A stretch of 64,000 nt of DNA from an uncultured Spirochaetota bacterium (GCA_963783575.1 CAWAOD010000016.1:192001-256000); one strand, 5' to 3'; shown: positions 52,787-63,706, numbered from the stretch's first letter. Translations and numbers: made by a program. The notes: a model not told the origin generated them from the letters alone.

Positions 52787-53704
52787 ATGACCAAACGGCA
52801 ATATATTAATGAAATTACCAGATTAAAGAAAGAAAAGGACGCAATAATACTGGCTCACAATTACCAGCTTCCCGAAATTCAGGATACTGCGGACTATATT
52901 GGTGATTCTCTTGGACTAGCGCAAAAGGCTGCTTCGATACAAAGTAGAATGATTGTTCTTTGCGGTGTCTATTTTATGGCTGAAACAGCAGCGATTTTAA
53001 ATCCCGGGAGAGATGTAATAATACCGGATGCTTCGGCGGGGTGCCCGCTTTCAGATTGCGCGAGTGCAGATATGGTGAAGGAATGGAGAAAGCTGTATCC
53101 GGATTATGAGTTTGTAGCATATGTAAATACAACGGCGGAAGTTAAAGCATTGGCTGATATATGCTGCACATCGGCAAACGCGGTTAAGATAGTTAGATCT
53201 TTAGATAATAAAAAAATCGTTTTTCTTCCCGATAAAAATCTTGGAGATTATGTAAAAATCAATGTACCGGAAAAAGAAATTGTTTTATGGCCCGGTTTTT
53301 GTGTTGTTCATGAAAATGCCAGTATCCAGGCCGTTTTAAAAACAAGGGATAAACACCCCAATGCGCTTATAATGGCTCATCCTGAATGCAGAAGAGAATT
53401 AAGAAATATTGCAGATGGGATATGCAGTACCGGCCAAATGTTTAAGTTTGTTGAAGACCATCCTGAAAATAATGAGTTTATAGTGGTCACCGAATGGGGA
53501 ATTAATTATGCCTTAAGAAAAAAATTTCCGGGGAAAAAGTTTATTGAACCGAATAAGCGTATGGAATGCATGAATATGAAGAAAATAACACTGGAGAAAT
53601 TATATCAAAGTCTAATTAATGAAAAAGCAAAAGTTACGGTAGATCCTGAGATTGCAAAAAAAGCCCGGAAATCAATTGAAAGGATGCTTGAATTAACGGT
53701 ATAA
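52787..53704 (+). CDS. nadA: quinolinate synthase
   Basis: AHNYQ, GDSL, CGVYFMAE, AGCP, YVNT, CVVH, AHPEC. Confidence 0.95.
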   Translation: MTKRQYINEITRLKKEKDAIILAHNYQLPEIQDTADYIGDSLGLAQKAASIQSRMIVLCGVYFMAETAAILNPGRDVIIPDASAGCPLSDCASADMVKEWRKLYPDYEFVAYVNTTAEVKALADICCTSANAVKIVRSLDNKKIVFLPDKNLGDYVKINVPEKEIVLWPGFCVVHENASIQAVLKTRDKHPNALIMAHPECRRELRNIADGICSTGQMFKFVEDHPENNEFIVVTEWGINYALRKKFPGKKFIEPNKRMECMNMKKITLEKLYQSLINEKAKVTVDPEIAKKARKSIERMLELTV

Positions 53705-53739
53705 CCCGGGAATCATACCGGATGAAATTGGAGGAAATT

Positions 53740-53892
53740 ATGGCCTATAGAGTAACTTTGGATGGAGCAATGAAAGGTGTTAAATTCGATACAAAAGAAG
53801 AAGCCGTTGATGCTATTTGGGAATTTTATAAAGATAAAATGTCTCGTCCTGATTACGAGAAATTCATACAGGAACATATTCAGGAAGCGTAA
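53740..53892 (+). CDS. small 50-aa hypothetical protein (not in ORF track)
   Basis: GGAGG RBS then ATG; MAYRVTLDGAMKGVKFDTKEEAVDAIWEFY...QEA*; fills the gap between nadA and the next gene. Confidence 0.7.
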   Translation: MAYRVTLDGAMKGVKFDTKEEAVDAIWEFYKDKMSRPDYEKFIQEHIQEA

Positions 53893-53901
53893 GGTATTCA
53901 T

Positions 53902-54582
53902 TTGAAAATATTAGCCATTAGCGATGTCGTAAGCAAAAAGTTATACGGCCCGTATATTAGTGAAATTGCCGGAGATGTAGACCTGATAATATCCTGCGGA
54001 GATTTACCGGCTTATTATTTGAATTACATTGTTACGAGCCTGTGCAAGCCCCTTCTTTATGTTTGCGGTAATCATGATCATTATATTAAACAAACAGGCA
54101 GTATGAACTCACTTTCAGGGTTAGAAAAATTCTATTTTGACGAATTGGAGTATCTGAATAGTTCCAGTAATTTTGGCGGTAAAAATATGGATAACCGGAT
54201 TGAAATATTCAATAAGGTTATTTTTTCCGGATTGGAAGGTTCGGTTTTATACAACCGGGGAGAGCATCAATATACTGATAATCAGATGAGAATGAAAATA
54301 GCAAGGCTTGCCCCAAAACTTATGCTGAACAAATTGACAAACGGACGATTTATAGATATTCTGATAACCCATGCTCCGCCAAGAGGAATTCATGATAAAG
54401 AGGATCTGCCGCATCATGGATTTAAACCGTTTCTGGGATTTATGGAAAAATACCGGCCGAAATACTTGATCCACGGCCATATTCATATATATGATAATAA
54501 TGAAGTCAGGGTTACCAGGTATCTTGATACAACAGTCATAAATTGCTACGAATATCAGAAACTGGATATTGAAATACCCTGA
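53902..54582 (+). CDS. metallophosphoesterase
   Basis: AISD, CGD, GNHD, THAPP, HGHIH. Confidence 0.9.
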   Translation: MKILAISDVVSKKLYGPYISEIAGDVDLIISCGDLPAYYLNYIVTSLCKPLLYVCGNHDHYIKQTGSMNSLSGLEKFYFDELEYLNSSSNFGGKNMDNRIEIFNKVIFSGLEGSVLYNRGEHQYTDNQMRMKIARLAPKLMLNKLTNGRFIDILITHAPPRGIHDKEDLPHHGFKPFLGFMEKYRPKYLIHGHIHIYDNNEVRVTRYLDTTVINCYEYQKLDIEIP

Positions 54583-54620
54583 TTTTGGAAGCTTAATAAA
54601 TTTATCAGAGGTTTTACTTA

Positions 54621-55547
54621 ATGAATGACTTAAACAGCGGATTCAGGTTGAAGGCCAGTTTCGATTTTGATAAAGCCAGGAATAAGGCATTCATTAACGA
54701 TATTATTAACAAAATTCTTCGTAAGAACAACGAACTTTTTCAGTTTGACGAGATCAAATATTTATTGTCACCGCATGGTATGAGTTACCGCGGAATGCAT
54801 GCAATTCCAATAAACAGGATCGTCGGCAGCGAAGGCCGGTATAACGACTTTGACAGGGACTTTCTTCCTTTAAGGGGAGATACAAGATCACGCTGGGAAA
54901 ATATCGATGTGGCAAAGATGCGGGAGGTTGTTTTACCACCGATAAGTGTTTATAAAATTCGTAATTATTATTTTGTACGCGACGGAAATCACAGGGTTTC
55001 GGTTGCCAGGGAATTAAAGCAGGAATTTATCGACGCGGAGGTAACTGAGCTTTTTGTAAAAGTTAATATTGAAGAATTAACGGAAAAAGGACTTTTAATA
55101 GCCGAAAGTATGAAGTATTTCCTTGATAAAACAAAATTCGATGAAATATTTCCTCAAACGGAAATAAACCTTACAAACCCATGGGGATATTACCGTCTGA
55201 TTGAGCATATTAAAACTTATCAATATCTCTTGAGTGAATCGGAACACAGGAAAATTCCATGGGAAGAAGCTGTAAAAAGATGGTATAATGAGCTGTTTCT
55301 AAAACTGGTCAAACTGATAAAAACCAGAAAAGTTCTGCGAAAGTTCCCGGGAAGAGAAGTAGGAGACCTATATATCTGGGTAATGGATCACTGGCATTTT
55401 TTAAAGGAAAATAAAGGCCCGGTATCGATGGAAAAAGCTCTGGAAGACTATGCTTTCCGCTATGGAAACGGAAAGATAGGTAAGATTTTTATCAAAGTTT
55501 TCGGATGGCTTAATAAATTTAATACAAAACGAAAAGAGAGGAAATAA
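54621..55547 (+). CDS. ParB/Srx-like N-terminal + DUF4032-like protein
   Basis: IVGS.GRY.DFDR.F.P, LPPI..YK, YFVRDGNHRVSVA, DLYIWVMDH. Confidence 0.7.
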   Translation: MNDLNSGFRLKASFDFDKARNKAFINDIINKILRKNNELFQFDEIKYLLSPHGMSYRGMHAIPINRIVGSEGRYNDFDRDFLPLRGDTRSRWENIDVAKMREVVLPPISVYKIRNYYFVRDGNHRVSVARELKQEFIDAEVTELFVKVNIEELTEKGLLIAESMKYFLDKTKFDEIFPQTEINLTNPWGYYRLIEHIKTYQYLLSESEHRKIPWEEAVKRWYNELFLKLVKLIKTRKVLRKFPGREVGDLYIWVMDHWHFLKENKGPVSMEKALEDYAFRYGNGKIGKIFIKVFGWLNKFNTKRKERK

Positions 55548-55552
55548 TCCGG

Positions 55553-56422
55553 ATGAATACTGTAAAAAGAGTTCTTATAATTGCAAATACACGGAAAATA
55601 CTTGTTGAAAGGGTTGTAGAGACGGCTCAGAAGGAACTCAGCCGAAGAGGCATCGATTTCTTTCTGATCTCGCCATCTTATTTTCGTCTGGATAATAAAG
55701 ACCTGCTGACAGATATTGATGCGCGTTATAAGCACAGGGATTATGACCTTATCCTTGCAATTGGCGGCGATGGAACATTTCTTTATACGGCCAGGACTTT
55801 CTTAAATTTCAATATTCCGATAGCGGGGATTAATGCCGGCAGAATAGGATTTTTAATGGAAATCAGTCCCGATGAGTTGAAGGATGCAATGGATAAAATT
55901 TGTTCAAACCAGGTGGAATTGGAAAAAAGGATGCTGCTTGAATTAAAGCTTTTGAGGGACGGCAGAAACATCTATCATTTCCCATTCCTTAATGATGCTG
56001 TCGTGTCCAAGGGCGTTCTCGCGAGAATGGTGGAAATTTCCCTTTCGCTTGGTAATGAGGCTCTTTCACAATACCGAGCCGATGGTTTGATTGTTTCAAC
56101 CCCAACAGGATCAACGGCATACAATCTTGCAGCCGGCGGACCTATCCTTACTCCTGACATAGAGGCTATGATCATTACTCCCATCTGCCCGCATACTTTA
56201 GGTATAAGACCGATTGTCACGGGAAGCGACAAAGAGCTGAAAATACACTTAATTGCTGGCGAATCGGATACAGCCATGACAGTTGATGGCCAGGAAAATT
56301 TTTATTTAAGAAAAGGCGATATGGTTATAATAAAGAAATCTGAAAGATATATCCACATTTTTGATTACGGCCAGAAACAGTTTTTCGGCGTCTTACGGGA
56401 AAAACTCGGGTGGCATATCTAA
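55553..56422 (+). CDS. nadK: NAD kinase
   Basis: GGDGT, GINAGRIGFL, ND, DGLIVSTPTGSTAYNLAAGGP. Confidence 0.95.
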   Translation: MNTVKRVLIIANTRKILVERVVETAQKELSRRGIDFFLISPSYFRLDNKDLLTDIDARYKHRDYDLILAIGGDGTFLYTARTFLNFNIPIAGINAGRIGFLMEISPDELKDAMDKICSNQVELEKRMLLELKLLRDGRNIYHFPFLNDAVVSKGVLARMVEISLSLGNEALSQYRADGLIVSTPTGSTAYNLAAGGPILTPDIEAMIITPICPHTLGIRPIVTGSDKELKIHLIAGESDTAMTVDGQENFYLRKGDMVIIKKSERYIHIFDYGQKQFFGVLREKLGWHI

Positions 56423-56542
56423 TCATACAAAAATTGAAAATTTTTGTATGATTAGATATGTAGTTTTGTATAGCATAAATAGTAGAAAACAAAACTACTT
56501 GTTTTTTTAATTAAGTATTAATGATACTCTTCATGATGTGAG

Positions 56543-58237
56543 GTGATCATGATAGAAAGGCTTTCAATCAAAAACTACGCGATAATCGATTCGCTTGATT
56601 TGGAATTCAATAACGGCTTTCATGTATTCAGCGGTGAAACAGGCGCCGGAAAATCCATAATTGTCGGAGCGCTGGGCCTTGCTATCGGTGATAAAGGCGA
56701 TTCTTCGATGATACGAAGCGGAGAGGAAAAAGCTGTTGTTGAAGCCGAATTCAGTATGAAGAAAGGGGAAGCCATGAAGGTTCTCGACAGACTTCAAATT
56801 GAAAGAGCGGAGTCTGTCCTTGTAAGGAGGGAAATAGCCCAGAACGGGAAAAATAGGATTTTCATCAACGGCCTTCAGGAGCCTTTGTCCAAGCTTGAAG
56901 AATTAGGCGAATGGCTGGTAGATATTCATGGCCAGCATGACCACCAGCTCCTTTTAAATCAAAAAGTACATCTGGATATTCTGGACAATTTTGGTAAGCT
57001 GAAAAAAGAAAAGGAAGAAATCAGGGAAACATATACAGACCTTATTAAAAAAAATGAGGAAATAATCGAATTGGAGCAGGATGAGAAAAAACTGAACGAG
57101 GAAAAGATATTCTGGGAGAACGCCGTAACTGATATTGAAAAGTCTGCTCTTTTATCAGGAGAAGAATCCAGTCTGGCCGAGTCATTAAAAAAGATGGAAA
57201 ACGCCGAAAGGCTTAATCTTTCATTCAATAATGCCTACAGCCTTCTTTACGAGGACGAACTATCTGTTTCAAGCAGGCTTTCAAGAGCCGTTTCATTGAT
57301 AAAAGAAACCTCCTCATTTGACAAACGCTATTCGGAACTTCAGGAAATTCTAGAGGACGCTTCGGTAAAAATCGAAGAAAGCACGGATCTGATCACACAT
57401 TTCAAAGATGAACTTGATCTTGACAGTAATACCATGGAAGAAACTATTGACAGGCTTGAATTGATCAAGGATTTGAAGCGTAAATACAAGAAAACCTCGA
57501 TAGAAGAACTGAATATATACGCCGGCGAATGCCGGGAAAAGCTCAGGCGTTTTGAAAACCGGGCCGAGGAATTGGCCAGGCTTAATAGAGAAAGAGAGTC
57601 GGTTAAATCAGGACTTATAGAAAAATCCATGCAGTTATCAAGGAAAAGGCAGGATACGGCAAAAGAACTTTCTATAAAAGTTAAAAAGGAATTACAATTC
57701 CTTGGAATGGAAAAAACCGAATTCATTGTAGATATAAAATATGTAAAGGATGAGGACAGCCAGATTATAATTAATGGAATCCCGATAAAAATAAGCGAAT
57801 CCGGAATTGACCGTGTGGAATTTTTCATTGCGGTCAATCCTGGGGAAGAACCGAAACCGTTGAAGAAAGCCGCGTCGGGCGGCGAGATTTCAAGGATAAT
57901 GCTTGCTTTGAAATCAATTTTTGCGGAGAATGATTCAATCGAAACCCTTATTTTTGACGAGATAGACGTCGGTATCGGCGGCCTGACCGCCAATAATGTC
58001 GCCGTAAAGATGAAAGCGATTTCAGAAACAAAACAGGTTATTGTCATAACGCATCTGGCGCAGATCGCTTCTCAGGCTGTATTCCATTATTTCATATCAA
58101 AATTTGTGCGGGAAGGCAAAACCTTTACAGCCGTTGAAAAACTTCAGGGTGAGAAAAGAGTTGTCGAAATTGCCAGGATGCTGGGCGGCGATTCAAAGGC
58201 CGCTATCGCGCATGCTAAGGAGATACTGAAGTATTGA
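56543..58237 (+). CDS. recN: DNA repair protein RecN
   Basis: GETGAGKS, IHGQH, SGGE.SR.MLALK, IFDEID.G, ITHLAQIA. Confidence 0.95.
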   Translation: MIMIERLSIKNYAIIDSLDLEFNNGFHVFSGETGAGKSIIVGALGLAIGDKGDSSMIRSGEEKAVVEAEFSMKKGEAMKVLDRLQIERAESVLVRREIAQNGKNRIFINGLQEPLSKLEELGEWLVDIHGQHDHQLLLNQKVHLDILDNFGKLKKEKEEIRETYTDLIKKNEEIIELEQDEKKLNEEKIFWENAVTDIEKSALLSGEESSLAESLKKMENAERLNLSFNNAYSLLYEDELSVSSRLSRAVSLIKETSSFDKRYSELQEILEDASVKIEESTDLITHFKDELDLDSNTMEETIDRLELIKDLKRKYKKTSIEELNIYAGECREKLRRFENRAEELARLNRERESVKSGLIEKSMQLSRKRQDTAKELSIKVKKELQFLGMEKTEFIVDIKYVKDEDSQIIINGIPIKISESGIDRVEFFIAVNPGEEPKPLKKAASGGEISRIMLALKSIFAENDSIETLIFDEIDVGIGGLTANNVAVKMKAISETKQVIVITHLAQIASQAVFHYFISKFVREGKTFTAVEKLQGEKRVVEIARMLGGDSKAAIAHAKEILKY

Positions 58238-58317
58238 TAAATTTTTATTGATCCGGATCCAAGAATTGTTCATATTTCATTTATTAGTTTTATTTAGCCT
58301 TCGTAAAGATAAATGAA

Positions 58318-58545
58318 ATGACGGTAATTAAGATTATCAAAATAATCAATCCCATCACCAAAATCCAGGACAGCGGCCGTGCCAATATTTATTATGTTCT
58401 CGGCTTTTATTCCTCCGGCAGCGATATTGAAATAGGGGGAATGCTGGAATCTTTTCATATAGATTTTGTAATTGAGGACACCTGGTATGATGGTTCCGAT
58501 TTTAGTGTAACGGGAAATATTTACAGAAAAGCATTATCGGAATAA
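58318..58545 (+). CDS. short hypothetical protein or gene fragment
   Basis: 75-aa ORF, weak RBS. Confidence 0.3.
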   Translation: MTVIKIIKIINPITKIQDSGRANIYYVLGFYSSGSDIEIGGMLESFHIDFVIEDTWYDGSDFSVTGNIYRKALSE

Positions 58546-58636
58546 TTGTTAAAGTATGCTTCCAATCCGGGAAAAGATTGATTTCTATTACATATCATCA
58601 TTCCTGGAAATTCAGTTCGGTTTATGGTGAATTTAA

Positions 58637-58665
58637 TTGACAATTCGGCAAATTTTTAATATAAT
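58637..58665 (+). promoter_or_regulatory. consensus sigma70 promoter of sugar locus
   Basis: TTGACA-17 nt-TATAAT. Confidence 0.8.
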
Positions 58666-58719
58666 TACTGACTTTGTAATATTAGGTTAAAAAGTATTTA
58701 TATTAATAGGAGTTAAGTT

Positions 58720-60537
58720 ATGTCAAAACAAAGAGATGAATTTATTCAAAAAAAAGTCGGAAATATGAGTCTTGCGGAAAAAGTAGGCCAGCTTCTGACA
58801 TTTACCTGGCGCGGTGCAATGTTAACGCCAAGCGGTATTGAACAGATCACAAAATTGCAATGCGGCGGCCTTTGCCTTGAACCCTACGCCGTTGAGACCT
58901 GTAAAAACCTTTACTGGGGCAATTCACAGTATGATAAAAACTTTCAAAAACCGAAAGATTATTTTTCAATTTCAAATACTTATTTTGCAGGAAAACAATA
59001 CGGCATTAGTATTACTCCTGAGGAATACACAAAAAGGCTGAATCAATTGCAGAAAATTGCAATGGAAAGGCCTTCCGGAATTCCTCTCCATATGACGATT
59101 GATTTTGAAGGTGATTTTAAAAATGATTATACTGCCGGCGGCATTAGGCAATTCCCGGGACCTATGGGTATGGCGGCTATCGGCGACACCGATTTAACCT
59201 ATAAAATCGGTTTGACTATAGCAAAGCAATTAAGTGCTATCGGTATTACGCAAATGTATTCACCAGTATGCGATGTAAATGTAAAACCGCAGAATCCTGA
59301 AATAGGAGTAAGGTCATTCGGCGATAACCCTGAGACCTGCGCGAAACATGCTGTAGCTTTGATTAAAGGTTTACAGGAAGGCGGCATAGCGGCAACCGGG
59401 AAACACTTCCCGGGAAGAGGCAATTCGGTAACCGACGCCCATGATGTACTGGAAGTTTTAAATATGGATAAAAAGACAATGCATGAAGTCGATCTTGTTC
59501 CTTTTAAAGCGGCAATAGATTTTGGGGTAAAAGCCATTATGACCGGGCACTCTGTTTACCCGGCTTACGATGATACATACCCGACAACCTTATCGGAAAA
59601 AATCCTTCAAGGGCTTTTAAGAAAGGAATTGGGATTCAAAGGCGTTATTGTTTCAGATGCTATCGGTATGGCTGCTATTCTTAAAAAATGGCCTCTCCCG
59701 CTGGCCTGCACAATGGCAATAAAAGCCGGTGTTGATACCATACTTTTAAAAGCCGATGATGAGTCCAGGTCTCAGTGCTTCTTTGGAATTAAACAAGCCG
59801 TTGAAAAAGGGGAACTGTCTGAAGAAAGGGTCAATGATGCTGTCACTCATCTCCTGGAAATGAAGTACGACCAGGGTTTGTTTGAAACAGCAGGTAAAAA
59901 AGATCCTCAGAAAACCTTAGAAATTACAACCAGTAAAGAAATTGTTGATTTTTCAATGGATGTTGCTAAGAAAGCATTAATAGTAATGAGAGACGACAAA
60001 AAAATACTTCCTTTAAATCCCAAACAAAGAATACTTGTTATTGAACAATGTATTCCTTATGAATTTGTTGGAAAAGATCCATATTTCCACTCTCATATGT
60101 TTTGTGAGCAAATGGTAAATAACTCAACAAACCTTATTTTAACTGATACAGCTTTCTCCGCATTCGATGAAGAGATAGAAGAATGCCTCAATCTTGCTAA
60201 ACAGGCAGACCTTGTTGTTATGACCAATTATTATGCCCGGATTGTAAAAACCGGCAACAATCAGCTGCTTATCAAGAAGCTGAAAGAGGCTGGTCATAAA
60301 GTTGTTGTTGTTACAAATTTCCCCTATTTAAAAGGAACAACAAAGGAAGCCGATGCTGTCATTTGCAATTTCAGCGGTACGCCTGATTCTATAAGAGCTT
60401 CAGCCGATCTTCTTTTTGGGAAATTCAAAACTACACCTTCAACAAAAGTACCTGTAAACCTTAGTGTTGAGCAGGAAACTTCCGCCGAAAAGTTGAAAGC
60501 ACCGAAGAAGCACCCTCTAGGCTTATCTTATTGTTAA
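58720..60537 (+). CDS. glycoside hydrolase family 3 (NagZ-like), cytoplasmic
   Basis: SPVCDV, IGVRSFG, KHFPGRG....DAH, IVSDAIGM; no signal peptide. Confidence 0.88.
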   Translation: MSKQRDEFIQKKVGNMSLAEKVGQLLTFTWRGAMLTPSGIEQITKLQCGGLCLEPYAVETCKNLYWGNSQYDKNFQKPKDYFSISNTYFAGKQYGISITPEEYTKRLNQLQKIAMERPSGIPLHMTIDFEGDFKNDYTAGGIRQFPGPMGMAAIGDTDLTYKIGLTIAKQLSAIGITQMYSPVCDVNVKPQNPEIGVRSFGDNPETCAKHAVALIKGLQEGGIAATGKHFPGRGNSVTDAHDVLEVLNMDKKTMHEVDLVPFKAAIDFGVKAIMTGHSVYPAYDDTYPTTLSEKILQGLLRKELGFKGVIVSDAIGMAAILKKWPLPLACTMAIKAGVDTILLKADDESRSQCFFGIKQAVEKGELSEERVNDAVTHLLEMKYDQGLFETAGKKDPQKTLEITTSKEIVDFSMDVAKKALIVMRDDKKILPLNPKQRILVIEQCIPYEFVGKDPYFHSHMFCEQMVNNSTNLILTDTAFSAFDEEIEECLNLAKQADLVVMTNYYARIVKTGNNQLLIKKLKEAGHKVVVVTNFPYLKGTTKEADAVICNFSGTPDSIRASADLLFGKFKTTPSTKVPVNLSVEQETSAEKLKAPKKHPLGLSYC

Positions 60538-60962
60538 CAAGCGTGCCGCTTGACCGGTAATAATCCTTAGCGGTTTCTAACCTATCAAGTGGCTTTCTTC
60601 AGCAACTTACCGAAGGGTCGAATGTTGCCGAGGGCATAGTTTATTAATAATTTTCGGGATTGACACAGATTAGAAGGTAGATAAAAAGATTTTTACCCTC
60701 CTAAGCTATGGCAAAGGGGGTAAATTTTGTTAAATTTAGCGAAGATAATATCATAAAATAATGAAAATAAAGTTAGAAGTCATAATAACCTGGCGGGGTA
60801 CCCAAAACAATGAAAGTATGTTTTTAGTCAAGATAATAAATAACAGGAAGAATGGAAGCAATGAAAATCAAGCTTAGTATATAGAAATAGCAAAAAAATG
60901 ATTTCTTCCCATCTTCGCGTCTTCCTGTGAATTGAAAATAATTTTCAAGGGAGGATTATTAT

Positions 60963-63524
60963 ATGCTGGAATCTGACAATTTAAATATAAGCGACGTTTT
61001 TACAATATCGGGAGATCAAATCAGTGAGATTTATAAAAAGAACAAAATGGCGGTCCATTTTCAGGGAATGTCAAAAACCCTTCAATTCCCTCATACCATT
61101 GCTATTCAGGGCGCTCCTACCTGTTCCATCGGCATATCCCCCGACGGCTTATACAACAGACTGAATGATGCCGGGAGACTGATATTATTAAATCAAAATT
61201 CCATCCAGTTTGCATCAGCGCCGTTTATCCGAATCTTTGCCGACCAGGATATGGAAGATGAGAGAGATACATATGTTATGCTGACTACCAAAGACCCTAA
61301 AGCTGCTGAGTCTTACGACGATGTACCGGCATTGAAAAATTATTATCATCCTCCGATATCTGAAAATCAGACAGCGGTTTCCATCGCTACACCATTACTG
61401 GAAATATCGTATAATATGGAAAAAATCAGTGTTATAAGAAAATATATTTCTCCTTTACTGTCCGGAAATTCACAGACGCTAATGCCAATCGGAGTAGAAG
61501 AATATAAATTACTGAATAATACCGGTAAGGCACAAAAAGTTACCCTGGTAATTCCAAGACCATCCCTGGTTAATCTTCAGGAAAAGGAATTAAAACCCAT
61601 GGATCAGGATTCTGTTTATTTATGCGCAACACCGGTTAAAGGTCATGTTCATAAAGAATTTAAATCCGGGGGTATGAGAGGAGTAATTCTTAGCAGCAAG
61701 GAATGCCCGGACAGGATGGTCATTGGCGTGCCTGAAATTGAAAATGTTGACATTGATACACAGCCTTATTTTTGCTTAAACAGGCTTAAACAGGATTTAT
61801 TATTAAATGATAACGGCACTTTTTATGAAAAAAGAGATCCTATTGTCAAACAGGATTATGGCGCCGCTATTAGCCTTACAATTACGCTTGATCCTAAAGC
61901 GGCTGTGACTATTCCGTTTGCATTAGTTCTGGACTTTCCTCAACAGCATTATATTGATGGAAAAGCATTTGAGCGTAAATATATAAAAAGTTTCAAGGAT
62001 GAAAAATCAAGAGCATTGGATATGGCAAAGTTAGCCCTGGAAAATTATCCTGAATGGCTAAACCGGACAATAACGATCCAAAACAGGATTTTTAATCTGA
62101 TACGACAAAACTCTTCCTATCAAGACGATAGAGACGGCGCTTTGAGGCTGACCCGGTTGATTTTAAACGAATTCAGTTTCCCTTTATCAAATGCCGCGGT
62201 CTGGACTGAAGATAAGGATGGTAATGATTCTGCAAGGTTCCTTGAATGTTTTGATTACGCATATATTGATCCCTCGGATGTTGACTGGTATTCCATGGTA
62301 TTACTTTTTCTTTTCCCAAACATAGAAAAAGAATTATGCCAGCGATTTATCGATTCGATACTTGCGGAGGATAATACTCCACGCTTTTATCATCTCCACT
62401 CATCTTTTGTCGAAGCCAGAAAGCATTATTTTGATTATACTGACGAATATGAAGGCGAGGTAATGACCCAGATAAGAGACGCTTTTAAAATAAAAGGAAG
62501 CGTTGCTCATGATCTGGGAGCTTTACCGAAAGGTCATGCCCTTCGTAATGTAAGTGATTATGCCTGGTACAATAATAATTATTGGATCGATCTGTTCCCA
62601 AAGCTGGTATTAAGAGTATTACGCGATGTTAAATTCCTGGGTGATATGGAATTCTTAAAGAAAAACTGGGATACGCTTAAATTCGGGCTGGAATTTTCAC
62701 TGACCCTGGATTTTGACGGAGACGGAGTTCCGGAAGGCAATCCCAATGAAGTAAAAAATACGTTTGATAATCTGACTTTATTTGGCGTTGATGCTTACGA
62801 TGTAACAACTTTTCTGGCCGGCTGCCAGGCAATGATTAAAATGGCGGAGATAATGAAAGATGAACCTGCTAAAAAGCGCATCACGGAAATATTTGAAAAA
62901 GCCTCGCTGAGTTTTGAAAAGCTCTGGAGAGAGGAAAAAAGCAATACAGGCCGTGAGTTGAAGTATTATATTACCTGCTTTGATCCGAAAACAGGGGAAA
63001 CAAATACGGACATCTGGACAAACCAGCTGGATTCCCTTTGGTATTTAATATCGATAGGCGAAGTACCTTTCATTTCAGAAGACAGGGCTAAAAAAATACT
63101 TAAAACGATTTATGAGAATAACCGTACAACTATGGGCTGGGCTATGTGCCGGACAGAGGACAGCGAAGCGGTTGAATCGGAGCAGGGGCAGGATGTTTAT
63201 ACAACGTCAAATTATGTTTTTGCCCAATTGCTCGAATATTATGGAATGTCCGAAGAAAGCAAAGAAGTATATAAAGCAATGGATAAGGTTGTTTTCCAGC
63301 ATGCCAATTCATTAATAACACCGGACAATATCCGGGCTGAATATGCAAAAGAAGATGGAGAATTGACTGAAGGATCGCATTATATTGTAGCGGCTTATCC
63401 AAGGCCGGGAGCAATATTAACTCACCTGGTAATACAGTTTATTAAAGACCGGCAGAAGAAAACCAATAATACAATAATTGAATCTGATCAATTGAAGTCT
63501 TTTGCGGCTGCATTAATGAAATAA
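60963..63524 (+). CDS. glycoside hydrolase, GH116-like
   Basis: RFLECFDY....DV.WY, HDLG, WIDL.PK, D.DGDG.PE, NTFD. Confidence 0.7.
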   Translation: MLESDNLNISDVFTISGDQISEIYKKNKMAVHFQGMSKTLQFPHTIAIQGAPTCSIGISPDGLYNRLNDAGRLILLNQNSIQFASAPFIRIFADQDMEDERDTYVMLTTKDPKAAESYDDVPALKNYYHPPISENQTAVSIATPLLEISYNMEKISVIRKYISPLLSGNSQTLMPIGVEEYKLLNNTGKAQKVTLVIPRPSLVNLQEKELKPMDQDSVYLCATPVKGHVHKEFKSGGMRGVILSSKECPDRMVIGVPEIENVDIDTQPYFCLNRLKQDLLLNDNGTFYEKRDPIVKQDYGAAISLTITLDPKAAVTIPFALVLDFPQQHYIDGKAFERKYIKSFKDEKSRALDMAKLALENYPEWLNRTITIQNRIFNLIRQNSSYQDDRDGALRLTRLILNEFSFPLSNAAVWTEDKDGNDSARFLECFDYAYIDPSDVDWYSMVLLFLFPNIEKELCQRFIDSILAEDNTPRFYHLHSSFVEARKHYFDYTDEYEGEVMTQIRDAFKIKGSVAHDLGALPKGHALRNVSDYAWYNNNYWIDLFPKLVLRVLRDVKFLGDMEFLKKNWDTLKFGLEFSLTLDFDGDGVPEGNPNEVKNTFDNLTLFGVDAYDVTTFLAGCQAMIKMAEIMKDEPAKKRITEIFEKASLSFEKLWREEKSNTGRELKYYITCFDPKTGETNTDIWTNQLDSLWYLISIGEVPFISEDRAKKILKTIYENNRTTMGWAMCRTEDSEAVESEQGQDVYTTSNYVFAQLLEYYGMSEESKEVYKAMDKVVFQHANSLITPDNIRAEYAKEDGELTEGSHYIVAAYPRPGAILTHLVIQFIKDRQKKTNNTIIESDQLKSFAAALMK

Positions 63525-63540
63525 TTACAAGTATATAATA

Positions 63541-63665
63541 ATACCCCGCAGCAAGCAGCGGGGTATTAAGTAAGAACACTAAAGGAATCCCCTTGACAGG
63601 GCTCGGGATAAACTTCGTAAGACTTCGAGAAATTAAACCGGGTCAAGCGGCACGCTTGTTAAATT
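63541..63665 (+). repeat. REP/MITE-like element with CCCCGC palindrome and conserved 30-bp end
   Basis: ATACCCCGCAGCAAGCAGCGGGGTAT; AACCGGGTCAAGCGGCACGCTTGTTAAATT identical at 61-90, inverted at 60534-60557. Confidence 0.75.
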
Positions 63666-63706
63666 TTCAATATAAAACTTATGATTATTAAGAGGAAATG
63701 ATTTTT

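Noticed and set aside
57340..58047. 235-aa minus-strand ORF
   Set aside because: It is antisense to recN, like the many other shadow ORFs in the track.
60534..60648. Possible HEARO/omega RNA (GCTTGACC.., TTGCCGAGGG)
   Set aside because: No IscB/TnpB ORF is adjacent, and the segment is better explained as a degenerate member of the dispersed hairpin repeat family.
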